NCBI GenBank assembly: GCA_963921275.4
Contig: OZ001293.3
Span: 3,616,001-3,680,000, forward strand
Length of the DNA: 64,000 nt
From: an uncultured Hormoscilla sp.
GTDB taxonomy: Bacteria; Cyanobacteriota; Cyanobacteriia; Cyanobacteriales; Desertifilaceae
Direction: 5' to 3'
Shown here piece by piece: positions 34,055 to 47,093 of the stretch (position 1 is its first letter; the number at the start of each line of letters is the position of its first letter). The translations under genes and the position numbers were made by a program. Below the pieces are notes generated by a model. That model ran no database searches and was not told the origin of the DNA. It saw nothing but the letters and a program-made list of their open reading frames with translations.

Positions 34055-34927
34055 GGGTGTGTCATCAATCAAATTGCTTGACAGAAGTAGATGGATACGG
34101 TATGGAGTCCTTATCCAGCAATAACAATCAAGAGGGCATGATATGAGACGCTATGGCTTGCGAGACGACCAGTGGGAACGGATCGAACACCTTTTACCTG
34201 GTAAAGAGGGTGACCCAGGCGCTACAGCCAAGAACAATAGATTATTCGTGTTCTGCCGTGTTATATCGATATCGTGCTGGCATTCCCTGGCGGGATTTAC
34301 CGGAGTGTTTTGGGGATTTTCGGGTTGTTCATACCCGCCATACCCGTTGGTCTGAAAAGGGAGTTTGGAAGCAGGTATTCGATGTCTTGGCCTCAGACGC
34401 CGATAACGAATACGCCGCGATTGATGCCACCATCCTGCGTGCCCATCAACGAGCGTGCGGGTGCAAAAAAAAACACCCTCAGATACGTGCGAAACCCAAG
34501 CCATAGGCCGTAGTAAAGGGGGACTATCGACAAAGATTCATGCCACTTGCGATTGCCCAAGGCAATCCCACAGGATTTCATCTTACCCCTGGCCAAGCCC
34601 ACGACGGGAAAGGCGCTGACGTGCTATTGGATAAAATCGGTGAGATTGGCGCGCTGCTTGCAGATAAAGCCTATGATGCGGAACAACGTGTGCTCGAGCG
34701 CCTGAAAGAGGCGGATTGGATGGCTGTCATTCCTCCAAAAAGTAACCGCACAGAACACAGAGAATACGATGAAGAAATGTACAAGTGGCGGCATCTAATT
34801 GAAAATCTATTCCAAAAACTCAAGCAATACAGGGCTCTGGCGACACGCTACGATAAAACGGCTCGCAATTTCTTGGGTGCCATCTACCTCGCGGCAGCTG
34901 TAATATGGCTTAATTGATGACACGCAC
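34055..34927 (+). mobile_element. IS5-family insertion sequence, orfA frameshifted
   Basis: Inverted repeats GGGTGTGTCATCAAT / ATTGATGACACGCAC, TA duplication within [43 protein letters not shown]. Confidence 0.92.
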
Positions 34928-35016
34928 TAGTGTAACTGAAAAATCTTTAATTACTTTTGGACCCAGAGTATCTCTTAAAAATATTGCTTGATTTCTTAAC
35001 ATATCTCTTGATTAAA

Positions 35017-37684
35017 CTAAGCCAACGGGTCACCCCGCCGACTCGTCTTCAGAACCGGACGTGAGACTTTCACCTCATCCGGCTCCTCAGTTTCGCCATC
35101 CTTGTCATGGATACGGCCTTTGTCACCATCTCTGGCAGACTTTACATCATGGCAATAATCATGCAGCAACTGTAGGTTGGTATACCAGTCTTTACCTCCT
35201 TTAGAAACTGGTAGAATATGGTCAACCTCCCATTTGTCGCCATCTTTGAATTTCAGTCCGCAGTGCACACACTTACCATCCTGCTCTTTTAGCAGTCTGA
35301 TAACTCTAGCGCTCACATCCGGGCTTTTTCTCAGTCTTTTGCTCCAATAAACCAGATTACCGTCAAACGGGCTAGCTGTCCCCTTAACCTTTACGTGTCT
35401 GTGCGATTCGTTCTAGCCTAACGTGGTCAAACACGGAACGCTAGCCCGGTTTCATTAGCCGGGAACTCTGACCGCATGGGGGTTAAATTCCCCTCCCCCC
35501 AGGTACGGGGGTGACACCGGTCCTCGGTGCTACGAAGCGACATCATCGTGGTGCTAAGCGAGGACTCAAATGTAGGATAACTGGCAGCCTAAGCCGGTGA
35601 CGCCGCTAGGAAAGATATCCAAGGTTAGAGCAGGCAAACATGTGCAAGCCTCGTTATAAGGAACCAGCGAAATAAGGCTATATGCGCTGGCCTAAAAAGG
35701 AAATGGTAGCTAGTATTAGTTTTAGACTCTGGCTAATATAGTACTCAAATAGCTCCCGGGGTATAGTGTGGACCTAAAGGTATCGCGAAATGTTGTTAGG
35801 GAACGAAGTAACCTCTCGTGTGCTGTCCATCAGGACAAGTTAGATGTTAAGCGCAAGCCACGGGGGGAGGGATGGCCCAAGAAGCGAATGCCCGGGGTAA
35901 TTCCTGGGATAACATCTACAGTAATGTAGATGATGCTGGGTAGCCAGCGCTGACGTGGGTCGGTGATACTAGGAAGCTGCTGGAATGAGTAATCCTAAAA
36001 AGCCACGGAACTAATCCGAAACGCAAGTGGAGGATAAGGTATGGATAACTGGTAAAACTGACTTGAAAATGGTGATACTAACGGTTATCAGAACAACCAC
36101 TCGCTAAACCAGGAAAGGGAAGAAAAGACAGGCGGCAAGGGCTAACGGAAGTAATTCCTATTAAGTCTACCTATGAAAAGGGCCTAGTACCCAGTAGCCG
36201 GATGCGGTGAAAATCGCAAGTCCGGTTCCTCAAGGGAGGGTCGGGAAGCGATTCCCGGCTCGACCCCATCCGATTATTTCAGTTTCAGAGTATCGGTTTA
36301 GCTTCATTCCTCCATCTTCTTTAGACTTGCCAGCGAACCTCCACCGGTCTTTCCCGGTCATACCCCAGTACTTACTAGCAATCCATTTGCCCGTTTTGTT
36401 AGGATGTCTTCTCTTTGCCCATCGCCATAACAACTTCCATAAGTAGTTATCCATAGAGCTGTAAGTTTCTTTACTTACCACCGTCCTATAATAGTTGCTC
36501 CATCCCCTTATCATCGGGTTTAGTCTTGCTATTAAGGCCGTTTGCGGTGCCCCTTTATGGCGGCGAACTATCTCTGATAGCTGCTCTTTATGATTCCTTA
36601 TGGATTTATCGCTAGGCTTGATTAGGGTCTTGAATCCTAGGGGGGTTCCGTTACAGAGTTTGCCGCTTCTGTGTTTCCCTACTTTATATTGTCGGATATT
36701 GAACCCTAAGAAGTCAAATCCAGGGCTCTCTCCTTCCAATGTGTGGGATATCTTCGTTTTCTCGGCTTTTTGCTCCAGCCCTATTCCCTTCAACCACTCC
36801 TCAATCACTCCTTGAGCTTCCTCAATCATCGACCGGTCATTATGTATTACCACAAAGTCATCCGCATATCTTACTACGGTTAACTTCTCCTTCTCTCTTT
36901 TTGTGTGAGCGAGACCCATTACTACCCCTTCCAGCCCATGTAAAGCTATATTGGCTAGTAATGGAGATATAACCCCACCTTGGGGAGTTCCGGCTTCTGT
37001 GGATTCCATCCTTCCCCGGTCCATCACCCCAGCTTTTAGCCATGCCCGTATTTGTTTACGGATTGGTGACGTAGTATTCAATTTCTTTAGGAGCGCGGAA
37101 TGGTCAATTTCGTCGAAACACTTCGCAATATCCGCATCTAACACCCATTTCGATTTTTGACTGATGCTAGCGAATATCGCTGCAACTGCATCATGACATC
37201 CCCTACCTGGTCTAAACCCGTAGGAATTGGCTTCCATATACGCTTCCCATTCAGGCTCTAGCGCTTCTTTAACCAATCCCTGAAGTGCGCGGTCGTGCAT
37301 CGTTGGTATTCCTAATGGCCGCTTCTCCTCCCTTCGTGGCTTCGGTATCCACACTCTTCGTGTGGCTTTTGCCTTCGCCTTTCGAGTAACTTTGATTTGA
37401 CCTACCAGTTCGATACGTTCTTTTGGGGTCAGTGCTTTCACACCATCCACACCAGCCGTCTTCTTTCCCTGGTTTTGTTGTGTTACCTGCCGTACCGCTA
37501 TCATCTTCGCGGACCATGACCTATTTAGTAATCCTTGGAGCTTACGAACCTTCTGCTTATTACCTTCCAGTGCCGCTCTGTAAATTCGCTTTTGCAGCTT
37601 AAAAACTATCCTTTCCAGCTTTCGCCAGGCGACAGTCTTCCATTCATACTCTTGTCTTTCGACTAAGTTCCGTGACATATTCAC
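35017..37684 (-). pseudogene. ltrA: Group II intron-encoded reverse transcriptase/maturase with HNH endonuclease, interrupted by an antisense intron
   Basis: GKKTAGVDG, RPLGIPT, SYGFRPGR, GTPQGGVISPLLANI, YADD, FDFLGF; continues at 35400 (RHVKVKG..SPFDG..CVHCG..EVDHI..NLQLLHDYCH). Confidence 0.9.
35401..36269 (+). mobile_element. ORF-less group II intron inserted antisense in the RT gene
   Basis: Starts GTGCGATTCG at 35401; domain V TAGCCGGATGCGGTGAAAATCGCAAGTCCGGTTC; domain VI ending CTCGACCCCAT (3' end uncertain, 36269-36274). Confidence 0.88.
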
Positions 37685-38045
37685 TACTACTTACAACTTC
37701 ACAATTGACGAGACCGTGAGGGCGTCAGCTTATCCTATCCATTACAGACAGGCATTTGCTTCTCCACTCAATCTCCCCCAGTTGCGTCCTGCCTTCCGGA
37801 GAGCAGATGTTATGCCTGTGGTGGCTACTCCATCTATCGACCGGTGATGGAGAGTGCTACAACCGGGTTACTTCGTTCCTACAGATGATTGGTCGTAACC
37901 TTAGACGGGTTCTCTACGCCGGGTTTATTGTCAGTGCTTATTGGTCGGGTACATCCGCCAATGACCAGTATCCTTTCCCTTTTTGGGCCAGCGTATCAGC
38001 CTTATTACACTGGATAGGCTTTACGACGTTGCAAACCTTCGCTTA

Positions 38046-38879
<834 letters not shown>

Positions 38880-39365
38880 TACGCTCATCATAGTTACTTG
38901 CTCGACGATGACCGGTCTAGGCTCCCAGCCATAGCGCCTTTCCTTCCCGCTTCACGGATTGATGCCATCGCTACCGTGGGGAGGGTGCTGTCACTCCTGC
39001 ACCTGGAGGGGCGGGCTTTCACCACCATCACCTGTAAGTTCTCGGGACTTACGAAATCCCGGTAGCGGTCCCCCTCCTTGACTTGTGTCAAGTTAGTTTA
39101 CGCTAAACGAATCGCACATACACCAAGCCCATACTCATCTCTTTTGTCTGCGATACCTTGAATTAAAGAAAGATATACACCAGAAAAATCCACACAAAAT
39201 AAGTAAGCACAGTAAAATCCAGACTTTACACTTTCAGTTATCAGCCTATTGAATATAGCTATCCAAGGAACTTTAGCCCAAGCGCCATTACCTGCTGAAG
39301 CCTTAATACTGTATATATCTGGTAGCCCTAAATATGTCTCCATTGATTGAGGAATTGTGTTTTTA

Positions 39366-40377
39366 ACTCAAGTTGCGACCTATAAAAATTGGATACAAAA
39401 AGCTATGATAAAGAGAATTATTTTCAACTCTAATCCCTTAGATGTAACAGCATGAATTGACTTGGAAAACAAATTGGTGATTCGACTAAAACAGGTTTCA
39501 ACTTGTTTTCTTGTTACTTTTTGTATATATTCAAAACAAGAATATTCTTTTCTTTTTGAGTTCTTTTTTCGCAAAGGTTTTAACATTATACTTGACGACT
39601 CTTTTAGTAAATCCTTTAATTGATAATTATTATAAGCTTTATCTCCATAAACTATTGAATTTGATGGTAAGTCAAAGCCAAAAGATTGCAAAACTTTAAC
39701 ATCATTATAACTACCAGGATCTAGATAAAATTCTATTGGCTTTCCATTTTTGTTTACCAACATATGAACTCTTAATCCATAAAAATAACGTTTTTTACTG
39801 GCAATATACCCTCGATATTCTTCCTTGTTATAAATTTGGCATCTATCAATCCTAATATTATCACATACTGGCACCGGGAAACTATCAAGAATATATTCTT
39901 GACCCGGATTGAGCTCTTTAAATGTTTGAGCTATAACTTGGAAGAAAAACATCCAAATTGGTTCCTCAATATTGTGTAATCGACGATTGAACCTACTTTT
40001 ACTTAACAGATTTTTTATATACTTGTGTTGGACCATAAATTGACAAGAGCGATCGTGGTGTCCTCCGAAAAAATATGCAGCAACTAATCCGACTGTCATC
40101 ACTTCGGCATTGTTCATTTTTACTTGTGGATCTTCTTTTATATTTAACGCTTTTAGTAGCTCGTCACAAAGAACAAAAATTGTTGTAATCATATCTTCCA
40201 TCATCTACATCCCCCAGCAATTAACTATTATTTTAGTACATTATAACCTATAAACAGCCAACCCGCCGTCTAGCACAAAAAAAATATAATTTTGTATCAA
40301 AAGCTACGAAATATCCCAAATATCTGTAAAGTCTAAGTGAGTAATTCATATTTTTTTTAATAGGTCGCAACTTAGGT
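39366..40377 (-). mobile_element. IS982-family insertion sequence with intact transposase (39380-40204)
   Basis: Inverted repeats ACTCAAGTTGCGACCTAT / ATAGGTCGCAACTTAGGT, TTTTTA direct repeat; ILDSFPVPVC, KKRYFYGLRVH, YGDKAY, RKQVETCFS. Confidence 0.92.
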
Positions 40378-40456
40378 TTTTTAATATAGCTAGCAAATGG
40401 ATGCCATTTGAATTTATCTTTGCTAGCTATTGGATACTCACAAATTACTTTTTCAA

Positions 40457-41152
40457 GGATAGCTGGCAGCCTAAGCCAGTGACGCCACTAGGAAAGATGC
40501 TCATGGCTAGAACAAGCGAACCTGTGTAAGCCTCGTTAATAGGAACCAGCGGAATAAGGCTTATACGCTGGCCCAAAAGGGAAATGGTAGCTAGTGTTGG
40601 TCGTATTGTTTGGCCAACATCGCACTCGAATAGCTCCCGGGGTATAGCAGGGGCCTAAAAGCATCGAGAAATGATACCAGGGAACGAAGTAACCTCTTGT
40701 GTGCAGTTCGGCTCAACGGGGCCGAACCAGTTAGATGTACGTCCGCGTAGCGTGCGCGCAGCGCATAGCGCAAGCCACGAGGGGAGAGATAGCCCGAGAA
40801 GCTAATGCCTAGGGTAATTCCTATGGATAAGTTGAGGACTGCCTCAACATGCAGACGCGGGTTGGTGAAAGTAGGAAATCTTGGGAAAAAGTATCTCTAA
40901 GAAGCCCCGAAACCTCTAGAAGGTGGGATGACTGGTAAAACAGAGAAAAGAAAAATGGTAATACTTAAGGTTATCTGGCAGCGCCACTTACCAACCAGGA
41001 AAGGGGAGAAATCTCGTGAGATGAGGGACAATGGGAGTAATCCTTAGTAATCCTAGCAATGACAATGCCCTGCTTCCCAGTAGCCGGATGCGGTAAAGAG
41101 AGTCCGGTTCCGAATGGGAGGGTTGGGGGGTGACAATAGGCTCGACCCCGAC
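40457..41152 (+). mobile_element. 5'-truncated ORF-less group II intron
   Basis: Homologous to 38046-38879 from GGATAGCTGGCAGCCTAAG onward; domain V and CTCGACCCCGAC end at 41152. Confidence 0.85.
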
Positions 41153-41861
41153 TATAAGCCAAGCAATTGCCGTTTAACCCCAGTAATTATGGCATTATAT
41201 TGCCAAGGTCGCCTCCTCGTACTATCAGACTGCTCGATCGCACCGCACCCCACGAGCACTATACCTTTTTGCTAGGGGCTACCCAGGCGATCGACCACTA
41301 CCATTATGAATGGGTAAGTTCGGACTGTCAATAGGGCAAAATACTCATTTGCTGGACGAGATCATGTACGGTCAGATCGTTCTTCCTCATCATAGCCGAT
41401 CATCTCCTCATCTGGCAACGCCATTTTTCCCGTTATGTTTTATGAGTTAACCCCCCCGGCCTTCGCAGCGGCCTGACGCAGGAGGGCTAGCAATTTCCAG
41501 CAGTGTCAGGTAGGAGATTGCTTCGAGGGGACTCGCCTCTGGCGTGTTCTGCTTTCTCCTTTTTAACTTCTTCCGCAGTTAATAAAGGAATGCCATAATA
41601 AATAATTTATTGACGAATTTGACTTCCAATTTTCACAAAAATAGAAGCAGATTTTGTTGGCAGTTTTTGGCGATAAATAGAATCGATAAACGCTAAAACT
41701 TGTTCGCCTTCGTCTGGGTCTAAAGCTTGCCATTTATCTAGTAACTGTTCTGTGGTCATCTTGGTTCCTCTTAACTCTATACTAAAATCATAAGCCTCTG
41801 CTTCAACCAGTACCTCAAAGACAGCATTTTGCCAAGAACTGAGGCGTCCTTACTTATTAGG

Positions 41862-41980
41862 AGTCGAGCTGGGAATCGCTTCGGAACCCTCCCGTTCGGA
41901 ACCGGACTTGCGACTTTCACCACATCCGGCTACTGGGTAGTAGGCCCTTTGTCAATGGTAGGATTACTAGGGATTACCCG
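41862..41980 (-). mobile_element. Group II intron 3' fragment (domains V-VI)
   Basis: Reverse strand reads CCCAGTAGCCGGATGTGGTGAAAGTCGCAAGTCCGGTTCCGAACGGGAGGGTTCCGAAGCGATTCCCAGCTCGAC. Confidence 0.8.
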
Positions 41981-42083
41981 CGCTCCTTCGGACTCAATAG
42001 CTGCCCGCACTGCCGTTCAATCTCGGCACTCATCACCATCGCCGCCCTGTCTACAATCGAAATGGCAGTCACCACAAGCATCC

Positions 42084-43097
42084 ATGAAAATTAGCAGACT
42101 AGGCGAACAAGGACTATTAGAGAGATTACAACGCTTCTGTCCGCAAGAAATCATCTCCGATGACGCAGCAGTGCTAGAGACAGAACCGGGACAACAGCTA
42201 GTAGTCACCACAGATATGTTAGTAGATGGAGTCCATTTTAGCGATCGCACCACGCCTCCGGAAGCAGCCGGATGGCGAGCCGCTGCGGCCAACCTATCCG
42301 ACCTAGCGGCAATGGGAGCGGCACCTCTAGGCATCACCGTCGGACTGGGGATCGCTGGCGACACGCCAGTCGATTGGGTAGAGCGACTCTATCAAGGCAT
42401 GACCGACTGCCTGCAACAATACAATACATATATAATCGGCGGAGACATAGTGCGATCGCCCGTCATCACCCTCGCCATCACAGCCTGCGGTCAAGTCTCC
42501 AGCAAAGCTACCATCCGTCGAGATGCAGCCCAACCAGGAGACGCCATAGTTGTCACAGGGGTTCACGGAGCCTCACGGGCCGGTCTAGAACTACTGCTGC
42601 ATCCAGAACTTGGGCACCAGCTGACTTCAGCAGAACGAGATTTCTTCATCAATGCGCACCAGCGCCCCAAACCCCGACTGGACATTTTACCGACCTTGCG
42701 GGAAATTTTAGATACCCAATCTCAGATCCGCGTAGCTGGCATGGACAGCAGCGATGGTTTGGCAGACGCGATCGTCCAAATTTGTCGCGCCAGTCATGTC
42801 AGTGCCAGAATAACGCGCGAAAACATCCCCCTACCAGCAGCCATCACCCAGCTAGTTTCACCCCAGCAAGCACTCAAATGGGCTTTATATGGCGGCGAAG
42901 ACTTTGAACTTCTACTATGTCTGCCCGCGAAAACAGCCCAGCTGTTAGTCAAACAGCTGGGCCAAGGAGCCGCCACGATCGGCGAGATTCAATCCCCTTG
43001 CCAGGATAAAGGGGCTCCAAGTTTAGTATATACAGACAAAACAAGCCCCGACGAGGTTCTCAGCCTCAGTCGGGGCTTTCAGCACTTCCGAGATTAA
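42084..43097 (+). CDS. thiL: Thiamine-monophosphate kinase
   Basis: [48 protein letters not shown]. Confidence 0.95.
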   Translation: MKISRLGEQGLLERLQRFCPQEIISDDAAVLETEPGQQLVVTTDMLVDGVHFSDRTTPPEAAGWRAAAANLSDLAAMGAAPLGITVGLGIAGDTPVDWVERLYQGMTDCLQQYNTYIIGGDIVRSPVITLAITACGQVSSKATIRRDAAQPGDAIVVTGVHGASRAGLELLLHPELGHQLTSAERDFFINAHQRPKPRLDILPTLREILDTQSQIRVAGMDSSDGLADAIVQICRASHVSARITRENIPLPAAITQLVSPQQALKWALYGGEDFELLLCLPAKTAQLLVKQLGQGAATIGEIQSPCQDKGAPSLVYTDKTSPDEVLSLSRGFQHFRD

Positions 43098-43206
43098 ACT
43101 ATTGGCCCTTGAATCTCCAAATCCTTAAGCTGGCCACTTTTCAGCCACCAGTTCGGCCAAATCAACAACCCGCTGGGAGTACCCCCACTCATTATCATAC
43201 CAGGCG

Positions 43207-43785
43207 ATGAAAATTAGCAGACTAGGCGAACAAGGACTATTAGAGAGATTACAACGCTTCTGTCCGCAAGAAATCATCTCCGATGACGCAGCAGTGCTAG
43301 AGACAGAACCGGGACAACAGCTAGTAGTCACCACAGATATGTTAGTAGATGGAGTCCATTTTAGCGATCGCACCACGCCTCCGGAAGCAGCCGGATGGCG
43401 AGCCGCTGCGGCCAACCTATCCGACCTAGCGGCAATGGGAGCGGCACCTCTAGGCATCACCGTCGGACTGGGGGGGATCGCTGGCGACACGCCAGTCGAT
43501 TGGGTAGAGCGACTCTATCAAGGCATGACCGACTGCCTGCAACAATACAATACATATATAATCGGCGGAGACATAGTGCGATCGCCCGTCATCACCCTCG
43601 CCATCACAGCCTGCGGTCAAGTCTCCAGCAAAGCTACCATCCGTCGAGATGCAGCCCAACCAGGAGACGCCATAGTTGTCACAGGGGTTCACGGAGCCTC
43701 ACGGGCCGGTCTAGTATATACAGACAAAACAAGCCCCGACGAGGTTCTCAGCCTCAGTCGGGGCTTTCAGCACTTCCGAGATTAA
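43207..43785 (+). pseudogene. thiL: Partial duplicate of thiL with an in-frame internal deletion
   Basis: Copy of 42084-42588 (+3 G at ~43471) joined to a copy of 43027-43097; lacks the DSSDGL and GGED motifs. Confidence 0.85.
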
Positions 43786-43812
43786 ACTATTGGCCCTTGA
43801 ATCTCCAAATCC

Positions 43813-44829
43813 TTAAGCTGGCCACTTTTCAGCCACCAGTTCGGCCAAATCAACAACCCGCTGGGAGTACCCCCACTCATTATCATACCAGGCGATCACC
43901 TTGACCATATCCCCATCCATAACCATCGTCAGACTAGCATCCACGATAGAAGAAGCATCATGTCCGCGATAATCGCAGGAAACCAAAGGCAGGTCAGAGT
44001 ATTCCAGAATACCTTTAAGCGGACCTTGAGCTGCTTCTTGCAGGACTTCATTGACCTCTTCAGCAAAGGTCTTTTTCTCCACCTGCACCACCAAATCTAC
44101 CACAGAAACATTAGGGGTAGGAACCCGCATAGCGATACCATTCAGTTTACCCTTCAGTTCTGGAATCACCAGCGCTACAGCTTTAGCAGCACCCGTAGAA
44201 GTCGGCACAATATTCAGGGCCGCCGCCCGCGCCCGTCGCACATCCCGGTGGGACGCATCCAGCAGGCGTTGGTCGCCAGTGTAGCTGTGGGTAGTGGTCA
44301 TCGTCCCCTTGATAATATTAAATTTTTCGTGCAGGACCTTAGCAAAGGGAGCCAAGCAGTTGGTGGTACAGCTAGCATTACTGACGATCTTGTAATCGTC
44401 GTGATTGTATTGCTCGTGGTTAACGCCCATGACAAAGGTGCCCACATTGCCACCTTTACCGGGAGCCGTAATCAATACTTTCTTGGCCCCAGCTGTCAGG
44501 TGCTTAGAGGCACCTTCCTCGGTGACAAACACCCCAGTCGATTCAATAATCAAATCAACTTCCCACTCAGCCCAGGGCAAGTTCAAGGGGTTGCGATCGG
44601 ATACGCACTTCACCGTCTTACCGTTGACAGTCAGGGAATTGGCATCGGCGCTGATGTCGGCATCGAACCTCCCCAGCATGGAGTCGTATTTCAGCAGGTG
44701 GGCGTTAGTCTTAGGGTCAGAAGTGTCGTTGATCCCCACAACCTCCTGTTTGCTATTCTCCCTGCCCATCCAGCATCGCATGAAGTTACGTCCGATGCGT
44801 CCAAAACCGTTAATCGCTACTCTAATCAC
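43813..44829 (-). CDS. gap2: Type I glyceraldehyde-3-phosphate dehydrogenase (Gap2-like)
   Basis: [47 protein letters not shown]. Confidence 0.93.
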   Translation of the reverse strand: MIRVAINGFGRIGRNFMRCWMGRENSKQEVVGINDTSDPKTNAHLLKYDSMLGRFDADISADANSLTVNGKTVKCVSDRNPLNLPWAEWEVDLIIESTGVFVTEEGASKHLTAGAKKVLITAPGKGGNVGTFVMGVNHEQYNHDDYKIVSNASCTTNCLAPFAKVLHEKFNIIKGTMTTTHSYTGDQRLLDASHRDVRRARAAALNIVPTSTGAAKAVALVIPELKGKLNGIAMRVPTPNVSVVDLVVQVEKKTFAEEVNEVLQEAAQGPLKGILEYSDLPLVSCDYRGHDASSIVDASLTMVMDGDMVKVIAWYDNEWGYSQRVVDLAELVAEKWPA

Positions 44830-45496
44830 TGTTGGCCCTCTGTATCCTCAATAAATGTCTAATGCGATCGGGTTGCCCGCAACCGCCAGCACTCTCGGTC
44901 CCACCTATCGACTCTAAACCCAAGGCAGATTGTGCTGGCGCTATTGCCATTGCCCTGCTCAAATCTGAAGATACCATAAAAAGCACAGACTTTGATTATT
45001 ATTTCATGTAGCATTAAAAAACTTTTAGCGCTACTGGCCGTTCCCCTTGTTCTCGTCGTTTTTGCTACCCCAGTATGAGGCGCAAGCTACCGAGAGCCAG
45101 TATCATCCAGAGTATGTTTGTCTCTAGACCCATAATCGAGTATCAGTCGCGTCCGGATATAAACCGGTCCAGCAAGTCAAGGATCTGCTCATCACTGGCT
45201 TCGGGGTGAAAGCAGTTGCTGTTTGGCGGCCATTAAATTGCCGCCACCGCCTCGGGCGAGTCCGTGAAAATTGCTGCCCTATTTCTGAAGTTTCGCCCTC
45301 TGAGCGGTATAGATGAAACAACAATCTCTGTGGGAGCCAAAAATGACTCGAATAATTAAACCCAGAGGCCACATACCAATCCCTGAGCACAAAGCTAATG
45401 GTAATCCGGTCAAAGATCCCGCTAGCTATAGAAGATTCCAAGCAATTCTTGATATGATATCGCGTGTTGTTGGTGTGGTATGGTGTCTAAGGAGAT

Positions 45497-46963
45497 ATGA
45501 TGCTCAATACAGTTTCTTTCAGCGGCAAGCCCTTTCATTTCATAGGCATTGGTGGAATTGGGATGTCAGCCCTCGCTTACGTTCTTGCCAAGCGTAAGCT
45601 GCCAGTATCTGGCTCGGATCTGAGGGAGTCAGACATAACTAAGCGTTTGCAAGATCTGGGGGCTCATATTTTTGGCAGTCAGGACGCCAGTAACCTGGAT
45701 TTCTTTCAAACTAACCCCGTAGCCCCCTCCGACAGAGCAGTTGGCATGGAGGAGGGCACTAGCAGTTTCTTGGATATAGGAAGACTGGCGACAAAATGGC
45801 CACAAGTGGTCTGTTCAACGGCGATCGACTCTTCTAACTCAGAGTATCGAGCGGCAATGGATTTAGGTTGTTCGATTTTTCATCGCTCGGATTTACTAGC
45901 AGCCCTGATGCAAGATTACCAGAGCATCGCTGTGTCGGGAACCCACGGAAAAACCACAACTAGCAGTCTAATTGGTTACTTGCTGCTGTCAGCGGGTCTG
46001 GATCCAACAATTGTGATAGGAGGAGAAGTGGATGCCTGGTCGGGAAATGCTCGTTATGGGCAAGGGGCCTATCTAGTGGCAGAAGCGGATGAATCTGATG
46101 GCACCCTAGTTAAGCTTTCTCCCGTTGTTGGGGTGATTACCAATATTGAGTTAGATCATCCTGACCACTACTCGACGCTCAATCAGGTGGTGGAAACTTT
46201 TCAGGTATTCTCGCAGCGTTGTCAAACCTTAGTCGGTAGCATCGATTGTGCAATGGTACGGAAGCACATCCAACCGGAGATTAGCTATAGTGTGGAGGTG
46301 AGTGCGGATGCTGATTACAGAGTAGATGAAGTGGAATATGGGGCCTATGGCACGAAGGCGAGGGTTTGGGAGAGGGACAAAATTTTAGGGCCGTTGTCAT
46401 TGCGACTGCTGGGTAAGCACAACCTGAGTAACGCCCTAGCTGCGGTAGCTGTGGGGCGGTTGTTGGGCTTAGATTTTTCTACTATTGCAGCAGCGCTATC
46501 GGGTTTTGTAGGTGCAAAACGCCGCTTCGAGGTGTACTCAGTTGGTTCAGACATTAGTATAGTTGATGACTATGCCCACCACCCCAGTGAAATCCGCGCT
46601 ACCCTAGCAGCTGCCCGCTTGCAAGCCTCACGCAGACGAGTGGTTGCCATTTTCCAGCCCCACCGCTACAGCCGTACCCAGGCTTTTTTGTCAGAATTTG
46701 CCCAATCTTTTGAGCGGGCTGATCTGGTTGTTATCACTGACATATACAGCGCTGGCGAACCAAACCTGGGAAAAATCAGTGGTCAGAATCTGGCGTCAGA
46801 AATTGCCAAGTATCACCAGCATGTCCACTACCAGCCAAGACTAACGGACTTGCCGGAGTTTCTGATCCAAATCCTGCGACCAGGGGACATGGCCTTATTT
46901 ATGGGAGCCGGGAATGCGAATCAGGTAATTCCAGAGGTCTCCCGCATTCTATCGGCTAGCTAA
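45497..46963 (+). CDS. murC: UDP-N-acetylmuramate--L-alanine ligase
   Basis: HFIGIGGIGMSALA, GTHGKTTT, EADESDG, DDYAHHP, FQPHRYSRT. Confidence 0.96.
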   Translation: MMLNTVSFSGKPFHFIGIGGIGMSALAYVLAKRKLPVSGSDLRESDITKRLQDLGAHIFGSQDASNLDFFQTNPVAPSDRAVGMEEGTSSFLDIGRLATKWPQVVCSTAIDSSNSEYRAAMDLGCSIFHRSDLLAALMQDYQSIAVSGTHGKTTTSSLIGYLLLSAGLDPTIVIGGEVDAWSGNARYGQGAYLVAEADESDGTLVKLSPVVGVITNIELDHPDHYSTLNQVVETFQVFSQRCQTLVGSIDCAMVRKHIQPEISYSVEVSADADYRVDEVEYGAYGTKARVWERDKILGPLSLRLLGKHNLSNALAAVAVGRLLGLDFSTIAAALSGFVGAKRRFEVYSVGSDISIVDDYAHHPSEIRATLAAARLQASRRRVVAIFQPHRYSRTQAFLSEFAQSFERADLVVITDIYSAGEPNLGKISGQNLASEIAKYHQHVHYQPRLTDLPEFLIQILRPGDMALFMGAGNANQVIPEVSRILSAS

Positions 46964-47093
46964 GGGTGGCAAGCTGCGCTCAAAGGTGTCATATGGCATG
47001 ATACTTGGCATCAATAGGAGTGCCTTGCTGTTTGCTGCTAGTGGTTATAAAAATAACCCTCACTAAGGCTATTGATCTCACTGATTCGAGCAG

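Noticed and set aside
36230..37684. RT as part of a diversity-generating retroelement or retron
   Set aside because: It has group II intron maturase and HNH regions and lies within clear intron boundaries; the duplicated segments in the window do not show adenine-specific mismatches
41153..41760. Small minus-strand genes (antitoxin-like MTTEQLLDKWQAL...)
   Set aside because: Frames break quickly and no family could be assigned with confidence
41829..42083. 85-aa N-terminal extension of ThiL in the ORF track
   Set aside because: It reads through an antisense intron domain V/VI fragment; ThiL similarity begins at ATG 42084
43960..44862. 300-aa plus-strand ORF and similar shadow ORFs opposite gyrA, lnt, pyrG and murB
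   Set aside because: Antisense shadows of well-supported genes with no recognisable motifs
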